From Vezdaea acicularis (lineage: Eukaryota): 57,071 nt of DNA. The stretch is from the NCBI GenBank assembly GCA_026025075.1, contig JAPEUI010000102.1:1-57071 (forward strand). The letters are read 5' to 3'. A program made the position numbers and the translations under genes. The notes beneath the pieces were generated by a model. It saw only the letters and a program-made list of their open reading frames with translations, was not told the origin of the DNA and made no database searches. Numbering within the stretch: position 1 is the stretch's first letter; each line of letters opens with the position of its first letter. Below are positions 10,796 to 23,358 of the stretch, piece by piece.

Positions 10796-12565
10796 ATGGC
10801 GCCTTCAAGGCGAATGCCCACCCTGAAATGGACAGCGAATGAACCATTTGTCGATGTCGATTCATTAGATGGGCGTCGCACCCTCAGAATGCTTGTTGCT
10901 ACAACCGATCCTTCAGATGCTGGCACAGAGACCCAGATCGTCTCTCGTATCTGGAAGAATAGTTGCCATAAAGGTATAGCTATGCGTACAATTCATGGTC
11001 ATCAGGAGTTTGAGGGATCCGAGGCATATGCGGATGAGTATGCCAGATGGGCGGATCTGTTGGTGGTAGCGCCCGTGCACTCTGATACGTTGGCGCGTAT
11101 GCTGCACGGAATCGCAGACAACCTGATCCTAAGAATTATAAGAGGGTGGGATATCTCAAAGAGGATCATACTTGTGCCCGGGATGTCTACACGTATGTGG
11201 GAGAACCCTATGACTAAAAAGCAACTGAGCAAGCTGCGCCGGAAATGGCATTGGGTTCAAGTCATGCAGCCGATCCTTTGGACGATCGAATGGCCTATGC
11301 CAGATGGTGAGGTTGTTTTCAAAGGAAAGACTGAGCAGTTCAAAAAGAAGTATGAATATGAGGGTCACGACGAACTGATAGAGACAATCGAATACCAGGC
11401 TGGCCTTATGAAGATGGGCCAGGACAACGACCTCACTCTAGCCAAGCCAAGCCCAGCATTTCAGGGGAATGCAAAGACAAAATTGAGATTGCCCCCGGAA
11501 ATCTGGACGATCATTCTTGAGTACCTCGGAGACTGGGAAATAGCAAATGCTTTGGGCATCTTTACGAAAATCAAACCACCGTTGAAGTGGCTTCCTCATA
11601 TCGAAAGCCCCAACTCTCTATCCTCTATGCAAAACCTAGAATGGATAATTCTTACACACCCTCTCGAAGACGTCGTGACTGAACTTGATAGAAATCCAGA
11701 GCCTCCATACCTTTCCCACATTTGCGTCGAGCTCATACTGAAGTTCAGCTGGATTGAACTTCTTGCACATCTAGAAGCTCATCACCAGGCCCTCTTCTTC
11801 TCCTCTTTTGGACAGACACTTATTCCAACCAAAGCGAGCGCTGTCTTTGGGAAGACTGCGGTTTTGGACTGGTGGAAAACATCCCCTTCCTTCCTGGCGA
11901 AAGAGTATACCGAAGAAGCCGTCAACGGGGCGTCGGGTGCTGGCTTCGTTCACGTCCTCGATTGGTGGCGTAAATCTGGATTGCCCATGAAATACAGCGA
12001 AAGAGCTCTTGAACAATCCTGCTCGCACGGCCATATTCACGTTCTAGAATGGTGGAAAGCCGAGAGCTCTCACCACGGCGCCTACTTTGTCGACAACTCG
12101 CCTTCGTCTTCTTCTCCTGCGCAAGACACTGCGGCGCAGAGAGACCCCCCACTGAAGCTCAAAGTCGGCAAGTCCATTTGCTTCGCCGCGCAAAAGGGGC
12201 AAGCGGACGTCATCCGCTGGCTACATGCCAGCGGCATCCCCTACTCGCATGAAGAGACGGTAGCGAAGATCGCGTCGGCTAGCGGACATACCAATATCTT
12301 GGAGTTGTGGAAAGAGCTGAAAGGCCAGAAGATGATCTTCGACAACCAAGTGCTTGTCGCGCCAACGAAGAATGGTCATGCGCATGTGCTGGAGTGGTGG
12401 AAGAATAGTAGCCTTAAGGTGGAATACAAGACGTGTGATATTGAGGAGGCACTGGAGGACTGCATTAATCCTGCAGAGGAGAGGAAGGTCAAATGCTGGT
12501 GGGCGATGAATGGGCTAAATTTGAGCGTCAGGACGAGCGAATGGATGCAAGTCAAGGTTCTGTGA
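10796..12565 (+). CDS. Flavoprotein (HFCD/PPC-decarboxylase-like) domain + F-box-like motif + ankyrin-like repeats
   Basis: Flavoprotein fold: WADLLVVAPVHSDTLARMLHGIADNL...IILVPGMSTRMWENP. F-box-like motif: LRLPPEIWTIILEYLGD. Repeated AS.xG[HF]xxVLxWW units are ankyrin-like. Intronless. Confidence 0.85.
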   Translation: MAPSRRMPTLKWTANEPFVDVDSLDGRRTLRMLVATTDPSDAGTETQIVSRIWKNSCHKGIAMRTIHGHQEFEGSEAYADEYARWADLLVVAPVHSDTLARMLHGIADNLILRIIRGWDISKRIILVPGMSTRMWENPMTKKQLSKLRRKWHWVQVMQPILWTIEWPMPDGEVVFKGKTEQFKKKYEYEGHDELIETIEYQAGLMKMGQDNDLTLAKPSPAFQGNAKTKLRLPPEIWTIILEYLGDWEIANALGIFTKIKPPLKWLPHIESPNSLSSMQNLEWIILTHPLEDVVTELDRNPEPPYLSHICVELILKFSWIELLAHLEAHHQALFFSSFGQTLIPTKASAVFGKTAVLDWWKTSPSFLAKEYTEEAVNGASGAGFVHVLDWWRKSGLPMKYSERALEQSCSHGHIHVLEWWKAESSHHGAYFVDNSPSSSSPAQDTAAQRDPPLKLKVGKSICFAAQKGQADVIRWLHASGIPYSHEETVAKIASASGHTNILELWKELKGQKMIFDNQVLVAPTKNGHAHVLEWWKNSSLKVEYKTCDIEEALEDCINPAEERKVKCWWAMNGLNLSVRTSEWMQVKVL

Positions 12566-12855
12566 ACCGGGCACTAAGTATAAAACCCTCTTTTTACAGA
12601 TCAGCGAACATGTGCTCTAAACAATCATGTTACTGCAAGAGCCAAGCGTTTTAGGGGTCTAAGAAATGCTCTAATCTAGTAAATGTTGGCAACGCCGGGG
12701 AAAGCTATGCTAATAATCTATGAAAATATGATGTGCCTTGAGATATGGTGGTATAGCGCCGCTAAAAGGGTACAGTATCTTAGACAAGTAATAAAAGCTT
12801 CGGCTAGGAGGATGGTGAAAGATAGATGAGGAAGAAGATAGATAAAGATCGCTAT

Positions 12856-14849
12856 TTAGACGACTGAGGTTTTCTCTTGTAGTCGATCAAGTTCATCCGC
12901 GAAGCGAGGCATGCTCAATTTGGGTACTTTGAGACGTCGTCTGTAGACTGCACTGATGAGTGACGCACTAAGGAATACACTCCCCGCCGCGGAAATAGTA
13001 AGAAAGACGTATCTCGAAACTCTATTTATTGCGAATCCGGACGGCGAGTGGATAGGCTCTATTGTAGCCATCAATTGATGGACGAAGTCGACGACGCCCA
13101 AGTTGCTGACAATGATGCAAAGTCCAGCCACTATGGCTATCAATCCAGCGGCTCGTTTACTGACCAGGGCGATGCCGAAGATAACAACCACTGACGGAAC
13201 CCAGCCAATCACAGACGTTCTAAGACCGTTAAACACACTTATTTCCTGCAACTTAATGGAGGCCTCTTCGATGCTGGCATGTAAATTCGCTGTGGTCTCA
13301 GACACTTGGGTTATCAGACCCTGGGCAATATGCATGTTTGTTCTGAATGCGTCGTGTAGGTCCACTTGTGATACCTGAGCCAGCAATCTTAGTATGTCAT
13401 ACGAGAGAGGTAGAGGTCTGGGCTGTTACTCACTGCCTGCGCATCCTGCGATGCCTGGAGTGATCGTGCTCGGTTCTCTAATTTCTCAAATGCGCCGTCT
13501 AGCTTGAAGATCCGCTCATCAAGGTTGCCCTGCCGGGCATATATGAGTGCTATGAGCTCCGTCGATGTATGCTAGTATTGCTTAGCTAAACTACACATTT
13601 GCACAATTCGTGACAAACAAACCAATTGCTCTTGCATATGCGCCAGCGCGCTAAGCAAATGGTTCATTTCTTGTCCCTGAATGCCGGATAGAGTTGACTG
13701 AACACCTAAAGCTGCCGCGTGGCTCTGTTCCCAGTCATGAGCTTGCATGGCAGCAAGCTCTGTACCTCTCACAAGAACATTTTGAAAGACTTTTCCAAGA
13801 TTCTTTTTGAGGCCGTCGACATCATGTTGAGAGCGTTGAATGGCCTGGGCAGTCAGTGAATTGTTGCGGAAACATATTCTCGCTTCATCTCACCTTGCCT
13901 AGGTTTTGGAAACTCTCTTCTGCTGCATCACCACTTGATTTTACCCTTCCCAACATTGAATCAATCGCAGCCTGAATGCGATGCAACGTGTTGCCAAAGT
14001 AATTGTCCGAGGTTGTTCGCATAGTTTCTAGATCGTGTAGCGTCTTCAATTGAAAGGCTCGAAGTGATTCCGCGAACTTCCCTTGGTCCTGAAGGTGCTC
14101 TCTGACTGTCTGAAGAACTTGAGCTGCGCCTGAAGTGAGGTCCGAAGTCAGATCTGCCATCAAATGGTGAATGCGTAGAATTTCATCTAAATATCAAGTC
14201 CTTTAGCTTTGACTGATTGATGACACGAAGACGCCGTACCTTTGTCGATTTCAATTCTTGCAGCTTGGCACATCACTGCAGCATTCTGTCGGCCGTTGCT
14301 GTAGCTCGTCCACCATTGCGGTCGAGTTTCCAAAGCCTGAAGACATTGACCCAGCTGCTTTCCCTCCAGGAAGTCTTGGGGTATTCCCTTGATCCGAGGA
14401 TCAGGTATCAAGGGATGACACTGCAGGGGAACTGCTGCGCCCGCCCCAGTTAGCTCGCAAACTGCTAACCTTGCAGCATAGAGAGATTTAAGGTTCTCCA
14501 TCTTATGCCGAGATTCTGTGGACCAGTCCTGCTTTGGGCCATTGACTGAGTCCTTCGGCAAGCCTTCAAGGGACTGGCAAGAAGAGAGAAGAGAAGCCGT
14601 TGCAATACGATTGCAAGAGGGAGCCGACTCAAGTGAAAGTAAAATCTCATATGCTTTCCTGTATATTTCAGGTTGTTCAATGAGAGGAGTTTGAAGAAGA
14701 GATACCAGACCAGAGTTGGCAATTGTTCCATGTGAGGCATCCGCAAGAATCCCAGGAGCTGGCTGCGATCCTGAGAAAAGAGCGGCGCAAGCCTGAACGA
14801 AGATACTGATGCAGGCCAAATTCCAAGTGTGCTTCCTAACGATATCCAT
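12856..14849 (-). CDS. KAR5: Nuclear membrane fusion protein Kar5/Tht1, multi-exon
   Basis: Signal peptide; Cys-rich domain SCNRIATASLLSSC...YAARLAVCEL...CLQALETRPQWWTSYSNGRQNAAVMCQAAR; coiled-coil exons; C-terminal TM segments. Confidence 0.9.
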
Positions 14850-15569
14850 ACTGCCTGAGGGTTAGCAGAAAAGCATGCACGGTCTTGTCCAGGCCTTTGA
14901 GAACCTTTCTAGTAAATATAGGAGCTAGCGGAAGATTTGTGGTCAGTATGAAGAAGAGAAGGAGACTGTGGAGAAATTCATCTCAGGAGAATGTATGGAT
15001 TTAGCGGTCGGCTACGGAATATTGCGCGAGGACGGCGAAATGGTCATTGGGATATGCAGGAGCGACCCAGGATATCTTGCCGCCAGGCGCAAGTGGGCAA
15101 ACTTAACTCACGCTAGGGGCTCATTCAGATGTTCTTCCTAGCGGCTAGGGAATGATACCTGTCTGTATCTTATATTGGAGCCATGATTGCCGCCCTATGC
15201 TCAGTACGCGAAGTTCGAGCTCGATACTCAAAGTTATACTCTCCCCTGTTGGAAAGCATATCGTTTCGACCTAGCTATGACACTTGTCTGAGTCATCTAG
15301 GTTGACTGCTTAGGCTTTCCGAGAACATTGGAAGCATCCATTGATCGTGTTCGCGGCAGCTAAGAGCGGAGTTGTGTTTTGGGAACAGAGTGGTGTTGAT
15401 ACTCACAGTCCTACTCTTACCGAGCAGGGGTGGACACTAGTGCAATAAGCGAGGCAGCTACAGACGCGCACTCGCTGGCTGGACCACAGCCCAGCAAATC
15501 GCCTTTCCTCTCAACTACAAGCTTAGATCCTTGCCTTTCTCTCTACACATTCACCCCGAAAGTATCAAG

Positions 15570-16420
15570 ATGGCGGCGTTCCTCCCTACCGCAAATCCCA
15601 TGGACAATACTCCGGCATACTCGTTCTCCCAAAGCTCCGCGGCACCGGCTGGAGCTCGCGAGCATGCCTTCAACCCGTATGTTGGAATGCATCTTCTGCT
15701 ACTATGTATAATTCTAACAATTCTCATAGTTACACCGATAACGGCGGCTCGACACTCGGAATTTCCGGCTCAACCTTTACCATTCTTGCAGGCGACACAC
15801 GGTCTACAAGCGGCTATAGCATCAATACACGCTACGCCCCCAAGCTCTACCCTATAGGTGTCGATGAGACCTCTCCTGAATCTTCCGCGAATATCGTACT
15901 GTCCGTTGTTGGGTTTGCAGCAGATGGTCTTGCTCTCAAGGAGCGCCTCGATGTGGTCGTAAAGATGTACCGATATCACCACGGCAAGCCGATGAGCATA
16001 AAGGCATGTGCACAACGCTTGAGCACAATACTCTACCAGAAGCGATTTTTCCCGTACTACGTACACGCCATCCTTGGAGGTCTGGATGAGGATGGAAAGG
16101 GGGCATTGTATTCGTATGATCCTGTTGGAAGTTATGAGCGCGAGCAGTGCAGGGCCGCAGGCGCGGCGGCCAGCTTAATAATGCCATTCTTAGACAATCA
16201 AGTCAACTTCAAGAATCAATACATACCAGGCAGCGGTGAAGGTCATGCTTTGAAGCAAAGAGAGGCTGTGCCGCTGGAGAGGGATCAAGTCGAGCAACTC
16301 GTGAATGATGCGTTTACAAGTGCAGTTGAACGACATATTGAAGTTGGTGATGGGCTGCAGATGTTGGTAATCACAAAAGACGGAATTGAGGAAATATACA
16401 GGCCACTGAAGAGAGATTAG
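15570..16420 (+). CDS. PRE7: 20S proteasome beta-6 subunit
   Basis: FNP|YTDNGGSTLGI, AGDTR, YQKRFFPYYVH, SYDPVGSYERE, SAVERHIEVGDGL, C-terminal PLKRD. Intron 15677-15729 restores the frame. Confidence 0.96.
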
Positions 16421-16762
16421 GGGCACCATTGGCTGTGGAGAAAGTTTGGGTCTATTATTGCATGACTGTAGCGTTATATTAACTTCAAGTCGCATCTCCA
16501 AACTATAGAAAGCTGCTATGAGTCATAATTTTAGGGCATGTGCTTAGAGGAGCCATGAAGGGTTCGATCTATGTTCTATATACAGTCGAGATGAGCAGCC
16601 CAGTCTACCGCCATTATCGAGATCACCAAGGCACTAAGATCCAACGCCGAAGTATGCATATATACAACTGCTAGGTTGAAGGAGAGATTTTGGGCCCTAT
16701 ACCTAGAGCCATGATACAATGTAGCCGTAATAAAACACAGCCCGCCATTGGTATAACTCCCT

Positions 16763-19028
16763 TTATGCAATGTTACCCGCCATTCCCATAAACAACGCCT
16801 GAATTGCTAGTTGTAATGACCATAGGCCGACCTTTCTCAGACGTCGCATCCGTTGTTGGTCATCCACGACATCTCTGGCAAAAGCTTCATAGGTCTTGAT
16901 AGTAGTATCAGTATGAGCGCTAACGTGTTCACAGGAAGTGACATACCTCTGCTGACAAATCATCCATCAAACCGCTGTCAAAGATCGTCCAGCTCCCGTC
17001 GAACTCAGACGCTCTCTTGACGACGCGGCAGTTGATGGGGATGAATGTATGCCGGGAATTGATATAGGCAACTATGGGTCTAATTAAAGCATTATTGACA
17101 TATGAAAGTTCTCGAGTGAATATTGGTACACCAGCTCTGACGTCATTCAAATGTAATCTTAGGTCCATAATAAGGAAGCGGTCGTCTTCACGCTTCTGCT
17201 TGGCTTGTTTTGATGGTTCTGAAGCTGCATCGCTATGAATATTGTTATGTTCTCTTCCGGGATCGAGATAGCGGCTTTGCGTAATGGTGGCCTCCATTTG
17301 GCTGTAAAAGTCTGACATGACTTTCGCAATACTTTCGTCATTATCGGCTGGGAAGAGGACGTCTGCAACAATGTCTACATTTCCTTCTCGAATCCAAGAA
17401 AAGGGTCCTTGCACACCGCGATTCAAGTGATCGATGTTAAGGGCGTCGATCCGGAGCCTACTCTGCTTTTTCCAAAGGCTTGGCTCTCCAGTGGCTTCCA
17501 GGATAGTATTTATTTGACCGTTGGCGAGGCTGTGCGACTGTCTGGGATGGATTGTAAACAGGGAATCATCGAAGCTTCCAGATATGGTGTTGGCTGATAA
17601 AAGATCGTAGAATAGCCACTGCTTCCTTAATTTAGGTAATTCGCAGGAGTAAATGCTGACAGAGAACGGTCGGAACCCGCGTGGTTGGTGGACAGTCACA
17701 AGAAGATCTTCCAGCCTGAATGAGTCGATCTCGAAATCCCCGGGATTATGTTCATGCTTATACGTTCGAGGGTCGACGTACTCGCCGGTGTAATGCACAC
17801 TTGTCCGGTCCACAACTCCTCGAATACCGTAGACTTCGACATCTCGCAGAAGCCCCTTTCCATTAAACCACTTTGCGAATGATAGAGTGACATTTACAGT
17901 GCCGATTGTTAAGTCGAATTGTGTGTAGTTGGTATCTTCTTCCTCCTCGTCAGCAGTAGCTACAGGGTCTCGAGCTTCGCCAAGCTCTTCTTTTCGCGCA
18001 GCAGCAGCAGCAGCGGCTGCTGCTGTAATAGAAGAGCCCTTCTTGACTTTGGATTTTCCTTGGCCGGGCCGCCTTGTGACGAAGACATTCTTAAATGATA
18101 TGACCCCATCACCCCACTTTGGAACTATGGCAGACTCAAAAACAACCTTAATACCAGAAGACTTGGTGAGGTAATTGCCAATCCATCTGGCTATTGTTTC
18201 TTGAGCGAAGACGGTGTTTAAGGCGAAAATACCCAGGGAGAAGAATGTAGTTGTTCCCACTAAGATCCATATGACGTGGCCAAGAAGAAACCAAGAGAAG
18301 AAAGCACTAATGTCGTCAGTGTTAAAAGGCCTCATACTTCGTATCGAAAACCATTTAAATCGTATCTTCAGACGCGACCAAAACCCCGTTGCAGCTGCTA
18401 ATAGCTCTTCTTTGCTTGGTCGGTGAATCTGTGGCATATGGGGTAGTCTATCGAGGAAGGTCTTGTTTGCTGATGATACCACGGCATCTTGCGCAGGAAT
18501 CGCACTATCTCTGGGTTTTGTGCCTTTCAATGGACTGGACGGTGCTGCGCTTTGCACAGTATCCTGGCCATTCTTCCTTGCATTGCGACCATTGCTGGCC
18601 GAGCTTTTGTTGCGTTTATTCCCAGTAATTCGCTTCTTGGTACTATTGTGTATCCCCTTCTTCCAGATAAAAGATGCTGGCGATATGATCATCTGGCTAT
18701 CTGCGAGCTTGGGACCTGAACAGAGTCCCTTTTCGGCCGCATTCGAACAAGTGATGATAGCAGCATCTTTGACGACAGAGGTAGAGTTCAGGCTGGCAGC
18801 AAACAGGCCTCCAGAAGCAAAGCTTTTTGATACGGCTCGCCTTGATGGCCTAAGAGGTAGCCGAAAGGAAAAGCCACGTGTGAGACCAGGTGGTTGTGTT
18901 GTTGATTTTGAGGTCCACGATTCTGCAGGCGAAGAGCGATGCGGTATCCGGCGAGGAGAACCTGCGAGTAAAGGACTTGCGGATTTCCATATTTGGGCGT
19001 AGACTCTGCGCCCCAAGTAGCTAGTCAT
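16763..19028 (-). CDS. MDM31: Mitochondrial distribution and morphology protein 31
   Basis: RFKWFSIRSMRPFNTDDISAFFSW, VFESAIVPKW, NYTQFDLTI, LPKLRKQWLFYD, ALIRPIVAYINS. Terminal intron 16895-16946 leads to RRLRKVGLWSLQ. Confidence 0.93.
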
Positions 19029-19346
19029 TATACTCCTAGCATCCTGAAAATGCGCCCAAGTTGTGTGCTTGAGATTATAAGATAGCTTGGAGGGAATTGG
19101 GAGCAATAACCGGAGGCAGGCATGGAGATTGCTCTTAATGACGAAAGGCAAGGGCACCTGGAAACTTTTCTTGGCCGCATTCAAGCGAAGAGCACTCGCT
19201 TATCAGACCAACGATAAAATTCGCAAATATCCACAGAAATATTTCTGGGTCGTGGAAGTTCTGGTAGCAGAAGACTTAAGCGCCTTGCGCACGTGCGATC
19301 GCAAATGTGGTATCGCTGAGCAAATACAAAATCTCTATACCTAAGT

Positions 19347-20227
19347 ATGCCTGCCCCAACAGCGCTACTGAGGCGGCCGGACGAGCTCGTCCGGCCTGAG
19401 GATATATTGCTGCCCCAAGAAGGTTTGCCCCGCTATAGCAGTAGTACACATACGAGTTTGCTGACTACTGCTAAAGAAGACGATGATGTGCTTGTCAATG
19501 TGGCAGAATCGGCATCCATAGATGCAACTTCAAAGCAGCAGCTTCTCCCGCTTGTTGATAATAATGAAATGCACATCGACGAAGAGGGAAGACCAAAGTT
19601 TGCTCCCGCTAAAGTAACAGAAGGCCCATATAGGGTTGAGACTCGCAAAGTACCCATACCACCACATCGTATGACCCCACTCAAAGCTTCATGGCCGAAA
19701 ATCTACCCCCCCCTGGTTGAGCACCTCAATCTCCAGGTGCGTATGAATATAAAGAATAGAGCTGTCGAACTTCGGACGTCAAAACATACGACGGATAGCG
19801 GGGCACTGCAAAAGGGCGAAGATTTTGTAAAAGCTTTTAGCCTGGGATTCGACGTGGATGACGCTATCGCGTTATTGCGACTCGACGAACTATATATCGA
19901 GACATTTGAGATCAAAGATGTTAAGACATTGCAAGGCGAGCATTTAGGGAGAGCTATTGGGCGGATAGCGGGGAAGGATGGAAAGACCAAGTTTGCAATT
20001 GAAAATGCAAGTCGGACAAGAGTGGTGCTTGCAGATCAAAAGATCCATATCCTAGGCGGGTTCAAAAATATACATGTCGCGCGAGAGGCAATAGTCAGTC
20101 TAATTCTAGGGGCTCCACCAGTAAGTACATTGAATCCTCACATTTGTAAAATGTTTGACAATGTTTGCAGGGCAAGGTCTACGGCAACTTACGAAAAGTG
20201 GCGTCTCGGATGAAAGAGCGGTTTTGA
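19347..20227 (+). CDS. PNO1: Pre-rRNA-processing KH protein Pno1/Dim2
   Basis: RKVPIPPHRMTPLK, GFDVDDAIALLRLD, RAIGRIAGKDGKTKFAIEN; last exon GKVYGNLRKVASRMKERF. Introns 20121-20170 and probably 19423-19476. Confidence 0.96.
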
Positions 20228-20572
20228 GAGTTAGTTGACTAAAGTTTTGCTCCACTAGCATTACATCAGGCGTTTCCGTGTGGAAGGGTTGGAATGAACA
20301 TTGCATTTGCTCAAGATCCTCTCATGCAACAAGTTATATTCCAGCAAAGCTCATATGACTAGGGTGCACCACCTACCATCATGATATCGATTAATATACA
20401 AAGATCTCTAGACGTGTTTAAGAGCCAAACGCCAGAGTACAAAGAAAGCCAGACGGAAGATGAGAAGTGGTGACCTGAGACAAGATAAGTCAAGCTCGCC
20501 TGGCAGGACGACAAACCTCTGAGACAGCAAACACCAATTGAGTGGCCTTTGTAAAGTTGATCAAGAGAACAT

Positions 20573-22895
20573 CTAGTATCCAGCGACCTGAACATGTTAG
20601 AACGTTCTAGTAATCAAGAGCTGACTTCTTACCTGTCCATTCACTGGAATAGGCTGATCACCTTGTTGCTGGTAGTACTTTGTATACGGATTCTCTCCCA
20701 TTCGAATGGCTGCTTCATTAACCTCCACACCTGGATGACCGTTCTCCATCACTAGCCTTCGGTTCGTGGTGTCCTCCCTGCCATCGAGTGCCACCTTAAC
20801 CTTGTTGACACTTTGAACGGAGAAAGGGCCATTGATCTCCCTATCCAAGGTCATATACTCCTTGATTGCGCCTTTGCCGCCTCGCTCGAGTAGGTACACC
20901 ATATAATAGTGACATAGATCTTTAACTGTTAATGGTGGCAGGCGGCTCAAGCGCCGGATATCCTCAACTACCTGTTTGATGCGACTGTAAGCTTCAGGTT
21001 CAGCCTCTGGGCTCGTGGGCTGGTCAAGCTCAAAATTGAGATAGCTGATCCAGAATGGCCGGCTATCGAGGTAGTATTGTTTGTTTGTCTGATACACCTC
21101 TCGAGCTTCGTTAGGCGACCCTTTGATCTTCCAAAGCAAACGTGCCCATTCAGCGACGAAAGCTGCTCTAGCGTAGACATCACAATCTGATGAACTTATT
21201 TGATCTTTGTAAACATTGATGGCAGCATCTAGTCCTCCAGATCGACGTTGTTGGTTTGCCCAAGATGTAGTTGTTTCTATATGACCAGGGAGATTGACAA
21301 GGATAGCCCGATGAATGTCCTCTGCAAGGTCTGGGCGGCCGCTCATTTCCTCGAAGTACGCATATTGAAGCCGTATTCCTGGTCGAGATATAGGAACAAA
21401 TAGGGTGCTTGCTCGTTGATAGATAATTCGAACTTCTTCCTCCTTGCCTGGTTGAGACAACATCCATCGCGCGTATCGATACCAGAACTCGTCGTAGAAG
21501 GCGCAAGTCACTAGACATCTTTCGTAGAGAAATTGTGTTCGGGTGTATGCACCCTCCACCTCTTCAAAGTCCAGATACTTCCGCCAATTTACCAATTGTG
21601 CTTCATCTAGTTCAGTGACGTGAAAGTATGGTCTCTTGATTTCTTGTTCGTATGTCCAGCGTTTGGTTGTCTCTGTTTGGGTTCTAGCAAAAATCTCAAG
21701 ATGAAAATTGTCGATTCTGGATCGCATTTTCTGCTCAAGCTCCTGCTCGCTGCCCTTCAGTTGTATGGTTTGCCCTGCAGCGACCATCTCAGTTTCGATC
21801 TCCTGACGAAACTGGCTGAGAGTATCCTCGGGAAGGAGCTGATCCAAGGGTCGAGTCTGGGCGAGCTGACGAAATCGTTCGAAGTAACGAGCGTACTGGT
21901 GCATAGGGATGTGGACCACTCTGTCAAGAATCGCAAAGATTCTATCCCATGCTTCCAATCTTTCTTCAAATTCGAGATACTTGTCCCAAAATGGGTGCGC
22001 AAGAAAATCAAGGCCAACGCAACTGGCGCCCCTTTCGAACAGTCTGTACGGTGACCAAAGTTAGTTACACATTCAGGATAGGGAAGGAGGTGAGGCGCAA
22101 GGGAGGTGAAGAGGATAGCAAACAGGTAGGTATGGTGCTCAAAGTATCAATCAATGATTGAATCCATCACTAAGTTCATCGCAACAAACGCGAATGTTCC
22201 GACCTGAGCTCTTTGAGAGTAGAAGGAAAGCTCCTGGCTAATAATGGTGAGAAGTAGATCCAGAGAGTATGGACGATCGGTGTGAGTTTCTCACCCATCA
22301 ACGAGCATTCAAGAGAATGAATCCGAGCTCTCTCAATATTACCCGCTACTGTGCTGTTACGACTCTAGTTACGGGAAGGAAAGCACTGCAAGTATACTCA
22401 CTCTCGAATCACATCGGGGTCATGACTAGTCTCAACCTTGAAGCTACAATAATTGGTCCACAGATCAACGGAATTGGTGATACTGGCTACACCTCTTTCG
22501 TAGACCTAAAGAGTTTCAGCGAAATGAGGTTTACGTCGGTAAGAGACAGCCTACCATTTCTGCGGCCTCCGTACCAGCAATAGAGAACTCGAGATCGCCA
22601 TATTTTTTCCAGTAGCCAAAGAGTAACGGGAATTTGGCAAGGAAGCGATCGTAGACCTCCCTTGTGGCTGCAATAGACTGCGGACTTGAATTGCGATTAA
22701 GGCCACCCTCGAGTGACTCGGCAGTGCGCACTAGTTTCTCCCAATTCTCAAAACTGTCGGTATTCGAAATCTGTTGCCAGGATGAGCTGACTTCATCTCG
22801 TCACGAGTGAACAAAGTGGAGCTTACTACTTCAGCGTATAGCTTCTTGAGCTCTGCGTTTTCCTCATCGGTGCCGCCAAAGCTGATCTCAGCCAT
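20573..22895 (-). CDS. PRP39: U1 snRNP HAT-repeat protein Prp39, multi-exon
   Basis: YDRFLAKFPLLFGYWKKY, LFERGASCVGLDFLAHPFWDKYLEFE, IKRPYFHVTELD, FLYERCLVTCAFYDEFW. Contains a 358-nt intron at 22044-22401 and a terminal intron at 20588-20632. Confidence 0.94.
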
Positions 22896-23358
22896 ACCTG
22901 TCGCGTGATTTTACAAGGAATTAAAGAACTTAAGTTAAGGATGATGTACTGAAGAGTACGTCCTTAGGCTCGTAGCAAGAACTGAAAATTCCAAATGAGG
23001 GTGAGGAGAATATCATGCACAAGTCTGGTTGGTGTTGCTGAGTGAAGACGCAGGTGAGAAGCCACGGAAAGAAGTCTGGCTAACGACACTGGTGTTCCCG
23101 TGCTCGCGTAACTCGACCCAGCACCCGACGGCTGCCCGATATTGTAATAATCAAAAACTCTGGGGCGGACTGCTGATCACAACATATTGACCTGCTCAAA
23201 ATCACCTTTTGGTGCCTCTTAGCGGAGAAGAACTTTCTTTGTGGTCTCCTAAGATGTTTTAGACCCTATGTCAACAGGGAAAGCTATGTCATTGACCGTC
23301 GGTTCCTAAATACGACCGGAACAGAGATTCAAGCTTCAGTGTCGAACTCAGAGAGGAT

